64,000 nt of DNA from Candidatus Onstottus frigus (lineage in GTDB: Bacteria > Acidobacteriota > Blastocatellia > UBA7656). Shown in pieces: positions 40,036-48,983 of this stretch. Made by a program: the position numbers and the translations under genes. The first letter of the stretch is position 1; the number at the start of each line of letters is the position of its first letter. The notes beneath the pieces are model-generated. The model saw nothing but the letters and a program-made list of their open reading frames with translations. It made no database searches and was not told where the DNA came from. Location: positions 257,847 through 321,846 of the forward strand of contig JBBPIG010000002.1 of assembly GCA_038040445.1 (NCBI GenBank), read 5' to 3'.

Positions 40036-41371
40036 TTTGTTTCTCCTTGTGCGCGAGAACCACCGTCGTGCGCTTCGTCTCGACGAAGTACTTGCGGGCC
40101 ATCTGCTGAATGTCTTGTGGCGTGATCGAAGCGTACAAATCGTAAAGCTTGTTCAAGGTTTCCGGCGTGCGCTTCAGTGAAATGTACGGAGCAAGGTTGG
40201 CGGCTAGCGCTTCGGAGTTATCCAGACTCAGCGCGAAGCCGTACTTCAGATTCGACTTCACCGCGTTCAATTTGTCGGCCGCGACCGGCGTCGTCCTGTA
40301 CGAGTCAAACGCCTTGATCAGCTCCGCCTTCGTGTACTCGATGTCCTTCGGGTCTTTGACACGAGCCACAACCGTCAATAGGTAAGGATCGCGATGGTCT
40401 TCAAAATCGGCGAAGATCGTGTCAACCCTCTGCTCCTTGATGACCAGCTTCTGATAGAGATCCGAGGTCTGCGAGAAACCGAGGCTGCTGATCAGGTCAA
40501 GCGCGGGCTTGTCCTTCTGATCATCAGAGTAGGCCGGACCTTTGAACGAGACTGCGACCCACGGCAGCGTTGGCGTGGGCCAGGCAACTTCGGTGGATAG
40601 CGGGGCGGTCTGTTCAGCCTCAGTTGGGATCTCCGGTGTGTAGTTGCCGCGCTTCCAGCCGGCCCAATACTTGTTGACCATTTGCAAAACGGCGTCGTGC
40701 TTAACGTCACCGGCGACGATGATGGTCACGTATTCGGGCCGATAGTAGCGCTTGAAGAACTCGAGGCTGTAGTCGTACATATTCGGCATGTTCTCGACGT
40801 CGCGCAGGAAGCCCATCGTAGTATGCTGATAGGTGTGAGATTTGAAAGCGATCTCGCGAAGCGCCTCGTAGATCTTGCGCACCGGACTGGAAGCGTTCTT
40901 GTTATACTCGCCCAGCACCGCTCGGGTTTCGGTCTTGAAGAGATCCACGGGCACCTTCAGATTCTGAAAGCGGTCGGCTTCGAGCATCATTATTTGATCG
41001 AGGTCTTCCTTCGAGAATACAGTGTGATAGACAGTGCGGTCGTCGCTGGTGTAGGCATTCGAATCCGCGCCGGCGTTCTTCAGCGCTTCGTTGTATGCGT
41101 CAGCCGAGAACTTCTCCGTGCCGCGAAACATCAGATGCTCGAACAAGTGAGCGAAGCCCGACTTGCCAGGTTCGACCTCATTGCGCGAGCCGGTGTTCAC
41201 GGCTATGTAGAGCGCGACGATGTTCGGGTAATCGGTCGGAATGGTGATGACCCGCAACCCGTTAGGCAGATCGTCGGTGAAGTATTTGTACGGGAAAATC
41301 TTGTTCTGAGCTGGCGTGGTCAATGGCATAACGATACTCAAGAGAAGAAGCGATGCTTTGAACAATCTCAT
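40022..41371 (-). CDS. M16-family (pitrilysin/insulinase-like) zinc peptidase, catalytic subunit
   Basis: Signal peptide; inverted zinc motif GFAHLFEHLMFRG (HxxEH) and downstream Glu. Confidence 0.85.
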   Translation of the reverse strand: MRLFKASLLLLSIVMPLTTPAQNKIFPYKYFTDDLPNGLRVITIPTDYPNIVALYIAVNTGSRNEVEPGKSGFAHLFEHLMFRGTEKFSADAYNEALKNAGADSNAYTSDDRTVYHTVFSKEDLDQIMMLEADRFQNLKVPVDLFKTETRAVLGEYNKNASSPVRKIYEALREIAFKSHTYQHTTMGFLRDVENMPNMYDYSLEFFKRYYRPEYVTIIVAGDVKHDAVLQMVNKYWAGWKRGNYTPEIPTEAEQTAPLSTEVAWPTPTLPWVAVSFKGPAYSDDQKDKPALDLISSLGFSQTSDLYQKLVIKEQRVDTIFADFEDHRDPYLLTVVARVKDPKDIEYTKAELIKAFDSYRTTPVAADKLNAVKSNLKYGFALSLDNSEALAANLAPYISLKRTPETLNKLYDLYASITPQDIQQMARKYFVETKRTTVVLAHKEKQNASK

Positions 41372-41494
41372 TTCAGCTTACCTCGATTGTGGATGATTTG
41401 ATTATCGTTTGGCGGTGAGGGAGTCCGCAAGGCGGCGACGTAGATCGGAAAACGCCCAGAGATGTGAAGTGGGAAGTCGGCGATCCGACGGGGT

Positions 41495-41710
41495 CGCAAG
41501 CCCGCGTATGCGGGCGATAGCGTGTAGCCCAGGGCAAGTCTGCGCAGCCCTGGGAGCTGGCGAGTGGTGCCCCCGTCCGTCCACCCAAATCGCACAAGCC
41601 CGCGTAGCGGGCGACAGCGTGTAGCCCAGGGCAAGTCTGCGCAGCCCTGGGAATCGGCCACGCGGCTATGCGGCAAGCCCGCGTAGCGGGCGACAGCGGT
41701 AGAGTCCCTC
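41495..41710. repeat. Tandem array (~2.5 units, ~85-95 bp) of a GC-rich hairpin-containing repeat
   Basis: Unit CAAGCCCGCGTA(T/G)CGGGCGA(T/C)AGCGTGTAGCCCAGGGCAAGTCTGCGCAGCCCTGGGA with two stem-loops, repeated with variable linkers. Confidence 0.6.
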
Positions 41711-41889
41711 AAGGAGGACGGGTGGCTTCTACGGCGAGCTACAAACAACGCTCTCCGACCACCGGCTCGCGCGTTGGCGAGTAACATCCGAATCAGCCGC
41801 TGAGCTTAGGCTGAACCTTTCTTCGCCGAAGACATCTCAAGGACACGCTCTCGCCCGCGTACGCGGCCTGTGCCCCGTCCGCTGTGCCG

Positions 41890-43011
41890 CTAGATGCGCG
41901 GCTCTGACGGCACGAGCGCGAAATCGGGATTGTTCTTGCGGCGCCAGATGAAACCGTCGAGGACGTAGTGAACCAGTTGAGGAAGCGCGAGCAGAGGCAC
42001 GAGCACCAGCTTGAATGTTCCTATCTCCCACGGCGAGCCGAAGAGCCAGCTTCGGCCTTGCCACACGCCGCGATCCCAGAACATCTCCTCGATGTAAGCG
42101 ATCGCCCATAGCGAGACAAGAAACACCGCCGGACCCTTCGCAAAGATCCGATAGACGCCCCGTCCGGCCGTTTGCTTCATGCGCACGCGGCTGTACCAAT
42201 AGATCAACGCAAAGTAGGGCACTCCGTGAATCACAACGTTCGTGACGGTAAAAGCATAGTCCGAGTTGTAACCGACTATTCCAACATACCAACAGACCGC
42301 TGTCGTCACCACGACGATGTCCTTGCCGGGATTCCCTTCCCGTTTCACGAGCCAACCATACAAAGACTTGAACGTGTAGAGACCAAGCGCGAGCCAGTAG
42401 ATCGGCGCGGCGATTCGCTCGATCATCGAAGGCATCGTCGCGAAGTCGTTAGTCAGAAACCACCAGAACCTCCGCGGCAGATGGGTGTGCCAGTAGATCA
42501 GCGGATACAGCGTCGCCGCGTAGATCGCAACCGTGTCGATCCATTTTCCAATAGCATCGCGCTCGCCGGCACGCGCTCGATAAAGCGCAACCCAACCGTA
42601 CTGCTGCCGGATGAAATGAAAGACCGCCAGGTAAGCGAGAGCTCGCCAGAAGACAAGTTCACCTTCAGAGTACAGCGCCACTCCGATTGCAAGACCGAGC
42701 ACGGGTACGAGCGAATACAACCACGGCCTCCGCCTGAGTTCATCTGTGTCGAGATAGACTCGAAAGCTGGTCGACCAAACGTGCGCGACATCGATCAACA
42801 ATACCGCAGGCACCCATGCCCAGTCAGGCGCGTCGCCGTTGAGCACTCCCGCGCGCGCGCCGATCCACAGAGCGAGGAGAGACACCACCGCGCTGCCGAG
42901 AAAGACGGTTAGGTCTGTGCGCGCGGAGAACAACCACGGGAAGTGACGCGCCGCCGCGGAAACGCGGACACTCGGTGAATCAACGGCGTTGTTGGTTGCG
43001 ATTGAGCTCAT
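41890..43011 (-). CDS. Polytopic integral membrane protein, Trp/Tyr-rich, family not identified
   Basis: ~9 predicted TM helices; FHFIRQQYGW, VIHGVPYFALIYWY segments. Confidence 0.55.
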   Translation of the reverse strand: MSSIATNNAVDSPSVRVSAAARHFPWLFSARTDLTVFLGSAVVSLLALWIGARAGVLNGDAPDWAWVPAVLLIDVAHVWSTSFRVYLDTDELRRRPWLYSLVPVLGLAIGVALYSEGELVFWRALAYLAVFHFIRQQYGWVALYRARAGERDAIGKWIDTVAIYAATLYPLIYWHTHLPRRFWWFLTNDFATMPSMIERIAAPIYWLALGLYTFKSLYGWLVKREGNPGKDIVVVTTAVCWYVGIVGYNSDYAFTVTNVVIHGVPYFALIYWYSRVRMKQTAGRGVYRIFAKGPAVFLVSLWAIAYIEEMFWDRGVWQGRSWLFGSPWEIGTFKLVLVPLLALPQLVHYVLDGFIWRRKNNPDFALVPSEPRI

Positions 43012-43132
43012 TGATGTACCTTAGACTGTCCAGTCTGAGGACTCCCAGAACCGCCGGGATAAGAGAACGAATAGTTGCGCGTCAGCGGACCCATCAACTC
43101 GGACGCTTGCCGAATGCCGCAGACTAGACAGT

Positions 43133-44797
43133 CTACGGTACAACTTCAGCCAGCACTTCTTCAGCAGTGCGAATGCCATGATAAAGCGCTTCCTCAAACA
43201 ACGCCACTCCGCTCAGGTCCGTATGCGCGAAGTGAATTCCACGATACGGCTTCGAAGCGGCTCGCCGAGCTTCGCTCCACACGAAGCCAGGTCTCGGTCT
43301 TATCATCGCGTGCCCCCACCGCATCACATCCAGTCGCTCGGTCAATGAGCGAATCTCAGGGTGAGCGCGAGACAAATCAGTCAGCGCGATGTCCGCCCAT
43401 TCATCCCGACCTGCGGCGAGCAGCTTTGATCGTGCCGCTCGTGGATCAGAATCGCAAAGCGGATAGTAGTAAGTAAACACCGTAGGGCCGCGATCCAGCC
43501 CGCGCTGATGCGTCGCTACAACGTAGCCGAGCGATGGACTCTCGTAAAGCACGTTGTCCCACGCCAGCGGGAAGCCGCGATCCTTCGGCCTGTCTTTCAA
43601 AAACAGATTCGCCACCATCCACGCGCCGTATTGAAACTCCGCGACATGAGCCGGTGGATTCTCTCGATAGGGCCGAATAACGTAGCTGCTCAAAAAGTGC
43701 GGCGCAGCGAAGATCACTTGATCGGCGTGAAACCCGGTGGCGTTCCGCCCTTCATGATCAACAGCAATCAAATCCACGCCGCTTCGCCCGTTCGGATCAG
43801 TCGGAATGATCTCTGCCCCCGCGAGCCCCAGTCTGACTTTCGATTTCACCTTGCCGTAAAGGTGAGACACCAGCCGGCCGTTTCCCTCCGGCCAGGTCAT
43901 CAAGGGTCGCGCTTCGGCGCCGGGCTTGGTCACGCGCGAACAAAAGTAAAAGAGTCCCGCCCACGCGCTCGTTTGATCGATCGTCAATCCATAATCATCA
44001 CGGCAGCCATAGTCAATCACCCAACGAAGTCGCGCTGAATGCCATCCACGGCGGTCGAGCCATTCGGACATCGTGAACTTGTCGAGCGCAGTGATTTCGG
44101 CGTCGTCAGTTCCGGTCGCAACAGGAATCGCAAACGCGCGCCGGCCTCGCGCGTCACGCCACCCGACCAATCGACTGACCTCGGCGTTGAAGGCCTCGAA
44201 CTGCGCGAGGTCTTCCGCGCTCGCTCCCGCATGGAGGTAGAGACCTTCATACCAGCGGCCTCGATAGTGGACTCGCTCTTCGGGATCACGACATAGGAAC
44301 TGCTCGGCAACGATAGGCTCGCCATCATTGTCACGGCCTTCCAGAATGCGCATCTCATCGAGCAGCGCGACCAGCGCGGTGTTCTCTTTCATTGGAGCCG
44401 GGAGATAATGCGCGCCCCAGGGATAAGCGATGAGCGGCGACGCTCCGCTGCGAGAGGTTCCTCCCGGCGCCTTCTCAAGCTCAATCAAAACAAAATCTTC
44501 GAAGCCGGCTTTAAGCAACTTCCACGCGGCCGAAAGCCCCGCGATGCCGCCTCCGACGATGACCAGGCGCGTGCGCTCCCATTGATCGCGCGAAGGCGTG
44601 ATGCTGAGGCCGTCGCGAATGCGATGACCGATCACGTCGGACGCGCCGACGATTTCTCCCGGCGGCAATGGCGGCGCTTCATGCGAGCGACAAGCTGCGA
44701 GCGCGGCCGGCACACCCAAAAACGCCGCAAGCACCTCGCGTCTTGTGAAGCTATGGCCGCTTGATGAACCAGCACGCATCGAGTTGAAACAGTCCAA
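43133..44797 (-). CDS. FAD-dependent oxidoreductase (amine-oxidase/desaturase-like fold) with twin-arginine signal
   Basis: Tat-like SFTRREVLAAFLGVPAALAA; dinucleotide fold VIVGGGIAGLSAAWKL…GGT. Confidence 0.7.
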   Translation of the reverse strand: MDCFNSMRAGSSSGHSFTRREVLAAFLGVPAALAACRSHEAPPLPPGEIVGASDVIGHRIRDGLSITPSRDQWERTRLVIVGGGIAGLSAAWKLLKAGFEDFVLIELEKAPGGTSRSGASPLIAYPWGAHYLPAPMKENTALVALLDEMRILEGRDNDGEPIVAEQFLCRDPEERVHYRGRWYEGLYLHAGASAEDLAQFEAFNAEVSRLVGWRDARGRRAFAIPVATGTDDAEITALDKFTMSEWLDRRGWHSARLRWVIDYGCRDDYGLTIDQTSAWAGLFYFCSRVTKPGAEARPLMTWPEGNGRLVSHLYGKVKSKVRLGLAGAEIIPTDPNGRSGVDLIAVDHEGRNATGFHADQVIFAAPHFLSSYVIRPYRENPPAHVAEFQYGAWMVANLFLKDRPKDRGFPLAWDNVLYESPSLGYVVATHQRGLDRGPTVFTYYYPLCDSDPRAARSKLLAAGRDEWADIALTDLSRAHPEIRSLTERLDVMRWGHAMIRPRPGFVWSEARRAASKPYRGIHFAHTDLSGVALFEEALYHGIRTAEEVLAEVVP

Positions 44798-44982
44798 GGA
44801 TTGTGAGAGTCAACCTAACTTTGCAAAAGGAGCGGGGCAAGCCACTCATGCAAAGCGGTGCGCTTCAGATTCTCGAAAATACCCCCAACTTCAGTTGGGG
44901 GAATTTCAAAACCCTGACGCGCACCTATCCCACCTGTGATCTTTGCACCACGCCGATAGCCTTGATTTGGTTCGTAGCGCTC

Positions 44983-45672
44983 TCACTTTAACGAGGGCCT
45001 GCGAAGAATCGAAACAACCTCTTTTCCCCCAACCAGCGTGTCGCCCACGGTGACACCGACGAACACGAATCCCTCGGCGCCGGCCTCGTTCAGTTCTTTT
45101 TGCATAGTCGAAGTTTTCTTCGTCGCAAGAAGCTTGTATTCCCACTGCCCCGGTTTAGCTTCTAAGTCACGTTCGAGGATTACGACGACTTCCTTGCCGC
45201 CAAACGTGGACGAGTAAACAGACTGGCCTTTGAACTCGAAACCGGCGTTGCCAGCCTGTTGTAATTCTTTCTGCATTGTAGAAGTCTTGCTGGTCGCAAG
45301 CAGCTTGTAGTCGTAGCGCTTCTTTGGCGCGGACGGGTCTCGCGACATGATGACTACGACTTCCGAACCGCCGAAGGACGTCTCGCCGCCCATTGTGCCT
45401 TCGAAGTGGAATCCCGTGTCGGCCGCCTCGTTCATCTCCTTCTGCATCGTCGATGTCTTGTTGGTCGCGAGAAGGCGAAACTCGCGCTGGTCCAACGGGC
45501 GGGCAGATGGCTGAGCATCTGCCGCTGCGGTTGGACTAGTCGAGACGAGTCCTGTTGTCGCTATGACATCAGGGCGCTCTCGCTCACCGCGTTTGCTGCT
45601 CGATGCGCCCGCCTGCCCAGAGGCAACTCCGGTCAAACACAAAACAACCATACAGATTCGTATTAACATCAT
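44983..45672 (-). CDS. Secreted protein built from three tandem ~55-aa repeats
   Basis: Repeats (F/Y)(R/K)[12 protein letters not shown](M/L)(N/Q)EA…GF-F-G…GG-EVVVI-RD occur three times. Confidence 0.6.
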   Translation of the reverse strand: MMLIRICMVVLCLTGVASGQAGASSSKRGERERPDVIATTGLVSTSPTAAADAQPSARPLDQREFRLLATNKTSTMQKEMNEAADTGFHFEGTMGGETSFGGSEVVVIMSRDPSAPKKRYDYKLLATSKTSTMQKELQQAGNAGFEFKGQSVYSSTFGGKEVVVILERDLEAKPGQWEYKLLATKKTSTMQKELNEAGAEGFVFVGVTVGDTLVGGKEVVSILRRPSLK

Positions 45673-45702
45673 CTCCTCCTTGATTTCCTTAGACGCCAGG
45701 TC

Positions 45703-46407
45703 TCAACCCGGGGGCTTCGTTGTAACGCTCGTAGTTCTGTTCCGAATCGAATCCGGAACCAGCCAGGACACTCTTGCTTCCCTGTTGTAGATACGAACGA
45801 CAAGTTCGGCCTCCTTGACCGACGCTGAGAGTATCGGTTGGCCCTGGTCAGTCGCGAGCCGGAACACCATCCAGAAAACATCGTAGTTGTAATCTCGCTC
45901 GGCCACGCCAGCGAGCGCCTTTACCGCGCGCAGTTTTGGAGTATTGACTCCGCCCACCGGTTGGATATCGCCTTCTTTAAGATTTTTTGGCTGAAGAAAC
46001 GCCTGCCATTCGAGCGGTATGACACCGGAACCTTCGTCAGGATCAATCTCCACCATGATTACGGTGTCGCCGGCCGCTTCAGCTTCGGCAACCAGCGCCT
46101 TCGTAGTGTCCTCGGAAAGCCGGCTTCGCATCTGTTCAAGCCGGGCAGAGGCTCTTATGACTTCAGGGGCCAGCCACGTCGCCCTCAACTTGTAGTTCGA
46201 AGCTCGCTCCGTATGGAGACCACGAAAGCTCCAGATGCTTCCGACCCGACCGCTCTTACGCATGCTTCTGCCGATTGTCTGAGTTTGCTGCGCGCTCCAT
46301 CTCAGGTAGTCGTCGCCCTGGGCGGAAGCCTGACCCAATGCAAGTGCAGCGAGAGCTCCAACCCCAGACAGCACAACATTGAGTGTGAGTGTTCTTGATA
46401 TTCGCAT
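45703..46407 (-). CDS. Secreted hypothetical protein
   Basis: Signal peptide, no recognisable motif. Confidence 0.45.
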   Translation of the reverse strand: MRISRTLTLNVVLSGVGALAALALGQASAQGDDYLRWSAQQTQTIGRSMRKSGRVGSIWSFRGLHTERASNYKLRATWLAPEVIRASARLEQMRSRLSEDTTKALVAEAEAAGDTVIMVEIDPDEGSGVIPLEWQAFLQPKNLKEGDIQPVGGVNTPKLRAVKALAGVAERDYNYDVFWMVFRLATDQGQPILSASVKEAELVVRIYNREARVSWLVPDSIRNRTTSVTTKPPG

Positions 46408-46465
46408 GACTAGTCCCCGTGAGTGAGAGACCTCTAATTACCTCTTAATATGTGATCAGATCTTA

Positions 46466-47971
46466 TCACTCAAATCGCTTCCATTCCGATTCGTAGTAAC
46501 GGACGAGCGTTTGATTGTCCAATCGGTTGATCTCGACCGGCACGGCGCTCAAATCCGAAGGCAAGACGAACAGCGCGGCAATCGCTTGATCGTCAAGGAA
46601 GCGCAAACCGGCCGGCGCGCGAGCCGGCGGATCGAACGGCGCCACGCGAGCGAGCGCGAACCCCCACACGCCAAATGAAGGCACCGCAGTTTGGTAAGGC
46701 CTTACCGCAAAGCCCGCCGCTTCGATCGTCTTCACTATGCACCAGTACGAACTCCTCGCGAACAGCGGCGAAGTGCATTGCACCGAGACGGCCGCATCAG
46801 GCGCCAGGCTCGCCTTCAGCAAGCGATAGAAGCGCGTCGTGTACAGCTTTCCCAACGCGAACGTGTTTGGGTCGGGGAAATCGATAATCGCCGCATCGTA
46901 GGGACCGCGCGCGGCATCGAGCCAGATCATCGCGTCTTCGTTGACCACCTGAAGCCGCGGGTCCGCAAAGGAATGCTCATTCAGTTCGGCGAGAGGAGAG
47001 AAAGCTTCGGACAGTTTCGTCATCGCCGGATCCAGATCAACCAGGGTGACCGATTCGACCGACGAGTGGCGCAAGATCTCCCTCAATGCGAGCCCGTCGC
47101 CTCCGCCGAGCACCAGCACATTGCGCGGTGAGCCCGCAAGCATCATAGCCGGATGAACCAGGGCTTCGTGATAGCGATACTCGTCGGCCGAGCTGAACTG
47201 CAGATGCCCGTTCAGGAAAAGTTGAAATCCGGCGCGGCCTCTGGTAACGACGATCCGCTGATACTGCGTAGTTCGCGTGTAGATGATCTCGTCGGCGAAC
47301 AACTCGTCTTCTGAAAGCGTCGTCAGCGCGTTCGCTTTGATCAGGCCGATCACCAGCAGCGCGATGACGATGACGGCTCGCCCGCGAAGCCCCGACACTT
47401 CGCCTTTGATCAGCGGCCGCATGAACCACGTCGCCCACAAGCCCACCCCCGCGTTCAATAGTCCGAACACCAACGACGTTCGAACCAGCCCAAGCTTCGG
47501 CACTAAGAAGAGAGGAAACAAAAGCGAAGCGATCAACGCGCCTACATAGTCGAAGGTCAGCACGCGCGAGACCAGCTCTTTGAAATCGAGCACGTCTTTT
47601 AGTATTCGCATCAATAACGGCAGCTCGAGGCCGACCAGCACGCCTATGACGAACACCACGCCGTAGAGGACGACGTGAAAGTAGCTCAGCCGCCCGAAGC
47701 TCAAAAATAACAGCGGCGCTGACGCGCCTCCGAGCAGCGCCACCGCCAACTCGACCTCGATGAACTTGCGCGCGAGTCCGGTCTCAATGAACCGCGAGAG
47801 CCACGCGCCCACGCCGAGAGCGAAGAGGTATATTCCAATGATGAGCGAGAACTGAGTGACCGAGTCCCCGAGCACGTAGCTGGCGAGCGTTCCAGCGAGC
47901 AGTTCATACACCAGCCCGCAGGTCGCGATGATCAGCACGTTCAGAAACAATACAGGCGTGCGGTTCATCAA
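46466..47971 (-). CDS. Membrane-anchored spermidine-synthase-like polyamine aminopropyltransferase (N-terminal multi-TM domain)
   Basis: C-terminal SpeE fold [15 protein letters not shown]…VTLVDLDP…IIDFPDP; N-terminal ~7 TM helices. Confidence 0.8.
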   Translation of the reverse strand: MMNRTPVLFLNVLIIATCGLVYELLAGTLASYVLGDSVTQFSLIIGIYLFALGVGAWLSRFIETGLARKFIEVELAVALLGGASAPLLFLSFGRLSYFHVVLYGVVFVIGVLVGLELPLLMRILKDVLDFKELVSRVLTFDYVGALIASLLFPLFLVPKLGLVRTSLVFGLLNAGVGLWATWFMRPLIKGEVSGLRGRAVIVIALLVIGLIKANALTTLSEDELFADEIIYTRTTQYQRIVVTRGRAGFQLFLNGHLQFSSADEYRYHEALVHPAMMLAGSPRNVLVLGGGDGLALREILRHSSVESVTLVDLDPAMTKLSEAFSPLAELNEHSFADPRLQVVNEDAMIWLDAARGPYDAAIIDFPDPNTFALGKLYTTRFYRLLKASLAPDAAVSVQCTSPLFARSSYWCIVKTIEAAGFAVRPYQTAVPSFGVWGFALARVAPFDPPARAPAGLRFLDDQAIAALFVLPSDLSAVPVEINRLDNQTLVRYYESEWKRFE

Positions 47972-48250
47972 CTACCCGTGGATCGCGGCCGAGACGATCA
48001 ACGCGATGCCGATTATCACCGCTGCGATGACGATTCCAAGAGCGACGTTCTGATCTTCCTCCAGCTCCTTGCGAATCGAAAAAGGCGAGACCTTCACGAT
48101 GATCCAGAATGCAATCGCGAACAGGAGCAGCCCGATCAGCGTGAACGCAAGCGTTTCCACGATCAGATCGACTATCTGGTTCATCGGCACTACCAGGGCG
48201 ATAGTGGAAGTGAGTTTGGTGTCGAGCAACTTCAGCATGTGTGCGGGCAT
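47972..48250 (-). CDS. DUF350-family small membrane protein
   Basis: Two-TM ~90-aa protein abutting the SpeE-like gene with no gap. Confidence 0.65.
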   Translation of the reverse strand: MPAHMLKLLDTKLTSTIALVVPMNQIVDLIVETLAFTLIGLLLFAIAFWIIVKVSPFSIRKELEEDQNVALGIVIAAVIIGIALIVSAAIHG

Positions 48251-48433
48251 TTATTTTCCTCCTCGGTAGCCTGCGTGCCAGAAGTGAAACGAGCGGTAGC
48301 CGCCCGGCGATTGCCTAACGTCGGCGGGCACGCGCTGTCTTTCAGGGTCGCCGAATTCCTTTCCGGTGAACGCAACGAATCCATAACCGGCTATGATGAT
48401 GGCTCCAATGATCAGATAGAGTTTGGTTAGCAT
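48251..48433 (-). CDS. Small membrane protein (hypothetical)
   Basis: 60 aa, one TM helix plus basic tail; no gap to DUF350 gene. Confidence 0.3.
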   Translation of the reverse strand: MLTKLYLIIGAIIIAGYGFVAFTGKEFGDPERQRVPADVRQSPGGYRSFHFWHAGYRGGK

Positions 48434-48443
48434 AAGGCCTCCA

Positions 48444-48483
48444 TGGTTCCGGGTTCAGGGTTCCGGGTTCCGGGTTCCGGGTT
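48444..48483. repeat. GGTTCCG heptamer tandem array (left flank of four-helix-bundle cassette)
   Basis: GGTTCCGGGTTCAGGGTTCCGGGTTCCGGGTTCCGGGTTGG. Confidence 0.7.
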
Positions 48484-48491
48484 GGTGAAGT

Positions 48492-48881
48492 CTACTTATA
48501 CTTCGCTCCCTTCATATCCGATTGGCGAAGGTAGCCCATCAGGCCACCAAGAAGCCGCTTTGTGGAACCGGTAAGTCTCTTAAGAGAGACGAAGTCCTCC
48601 TCACTGATGTAAGCCTGATCGAGCGCCACGTAGAGTTGCGCCTCAAGCTCCCCTGCAGATCCCTTAGCAATTGCAAGAAACTGCATGAACTCCTTTGTAC
48701 CGCCGCGCTCAAACCCCTCGGCGATGTTTGACATCACAGAAACAGTCGCGCGCCGAATCTGATCTCGGAGCCCGAAGTCCCTTGAGAACGGACCAACCTT
48801 CGAATGCCGATACACTTCGCGCGTCACCTCACGGGCCTTTTTCCAGGCTTCAATGTCTTCAAACTTCTTAAACGTTGCCAT
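48492..48881 (-). CDS. Four-helix-bundle protein of the 23S-rRNA-intervening-sequence (IVS) protein family
   Basis: FEDIEAWKKAREVTREVY…SNIAEGFERGGTKEFMQFLAIAKGSAGELEAQLYVA = TIGR02436/PF05635-type signature. Confidence 0.75.
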   Translation of the reverse strand: MATFKKFEDIEAWKKAREVTREVYRHSKVGPFSRDFGLRDQIRRATVSVMSNIAEGFERGGTKEFMQFLAIAKGSAGELEAQLYVALDQAYISEEDFVSLKRLTGSTKRLLGGLMGYLRQSDMKGAKYK

Positions 48882-48936
48882 CGTGATTCTCCTTCCTCTT
48901 GAATGTACCCAGGAATTCGAACAACTTAGTACCAGG

Positions 48937-48981
48937 CCCGGAACCCTGAACTCTGAACCCTGAACTCTGAACCCCGAACTG
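48937..48981. repeat. Inverted copy of the heptamer array (right flank of the cassette)
   Basis: CCCGGAACCCTGAACTCTGAACCCTGAACTCTGAACCCCGAAC = reverse complement of GGTTCRG repeats. Confidence 0.7.
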
Positions 48982-48983
48982 TC

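Noticed and set aside
41495-41710. Possible CRISPR array (regularly spaced GC-rich palindromic repeats)
   Set aside because: Conserved unit is ~57 bp (too long), only ~2.5 copies, 'spacers' of unequal length (39 vs 21 bp), no cas genes anywhere in the window.
41368-42355. ORFs called across the tandem repeat array and antisense to the membrane-protein gene
   Set aside because: They translate repeat DNA (recurring SPRSGRLP-like strings) or lie antisense within a TM-rich gene; artefacts.
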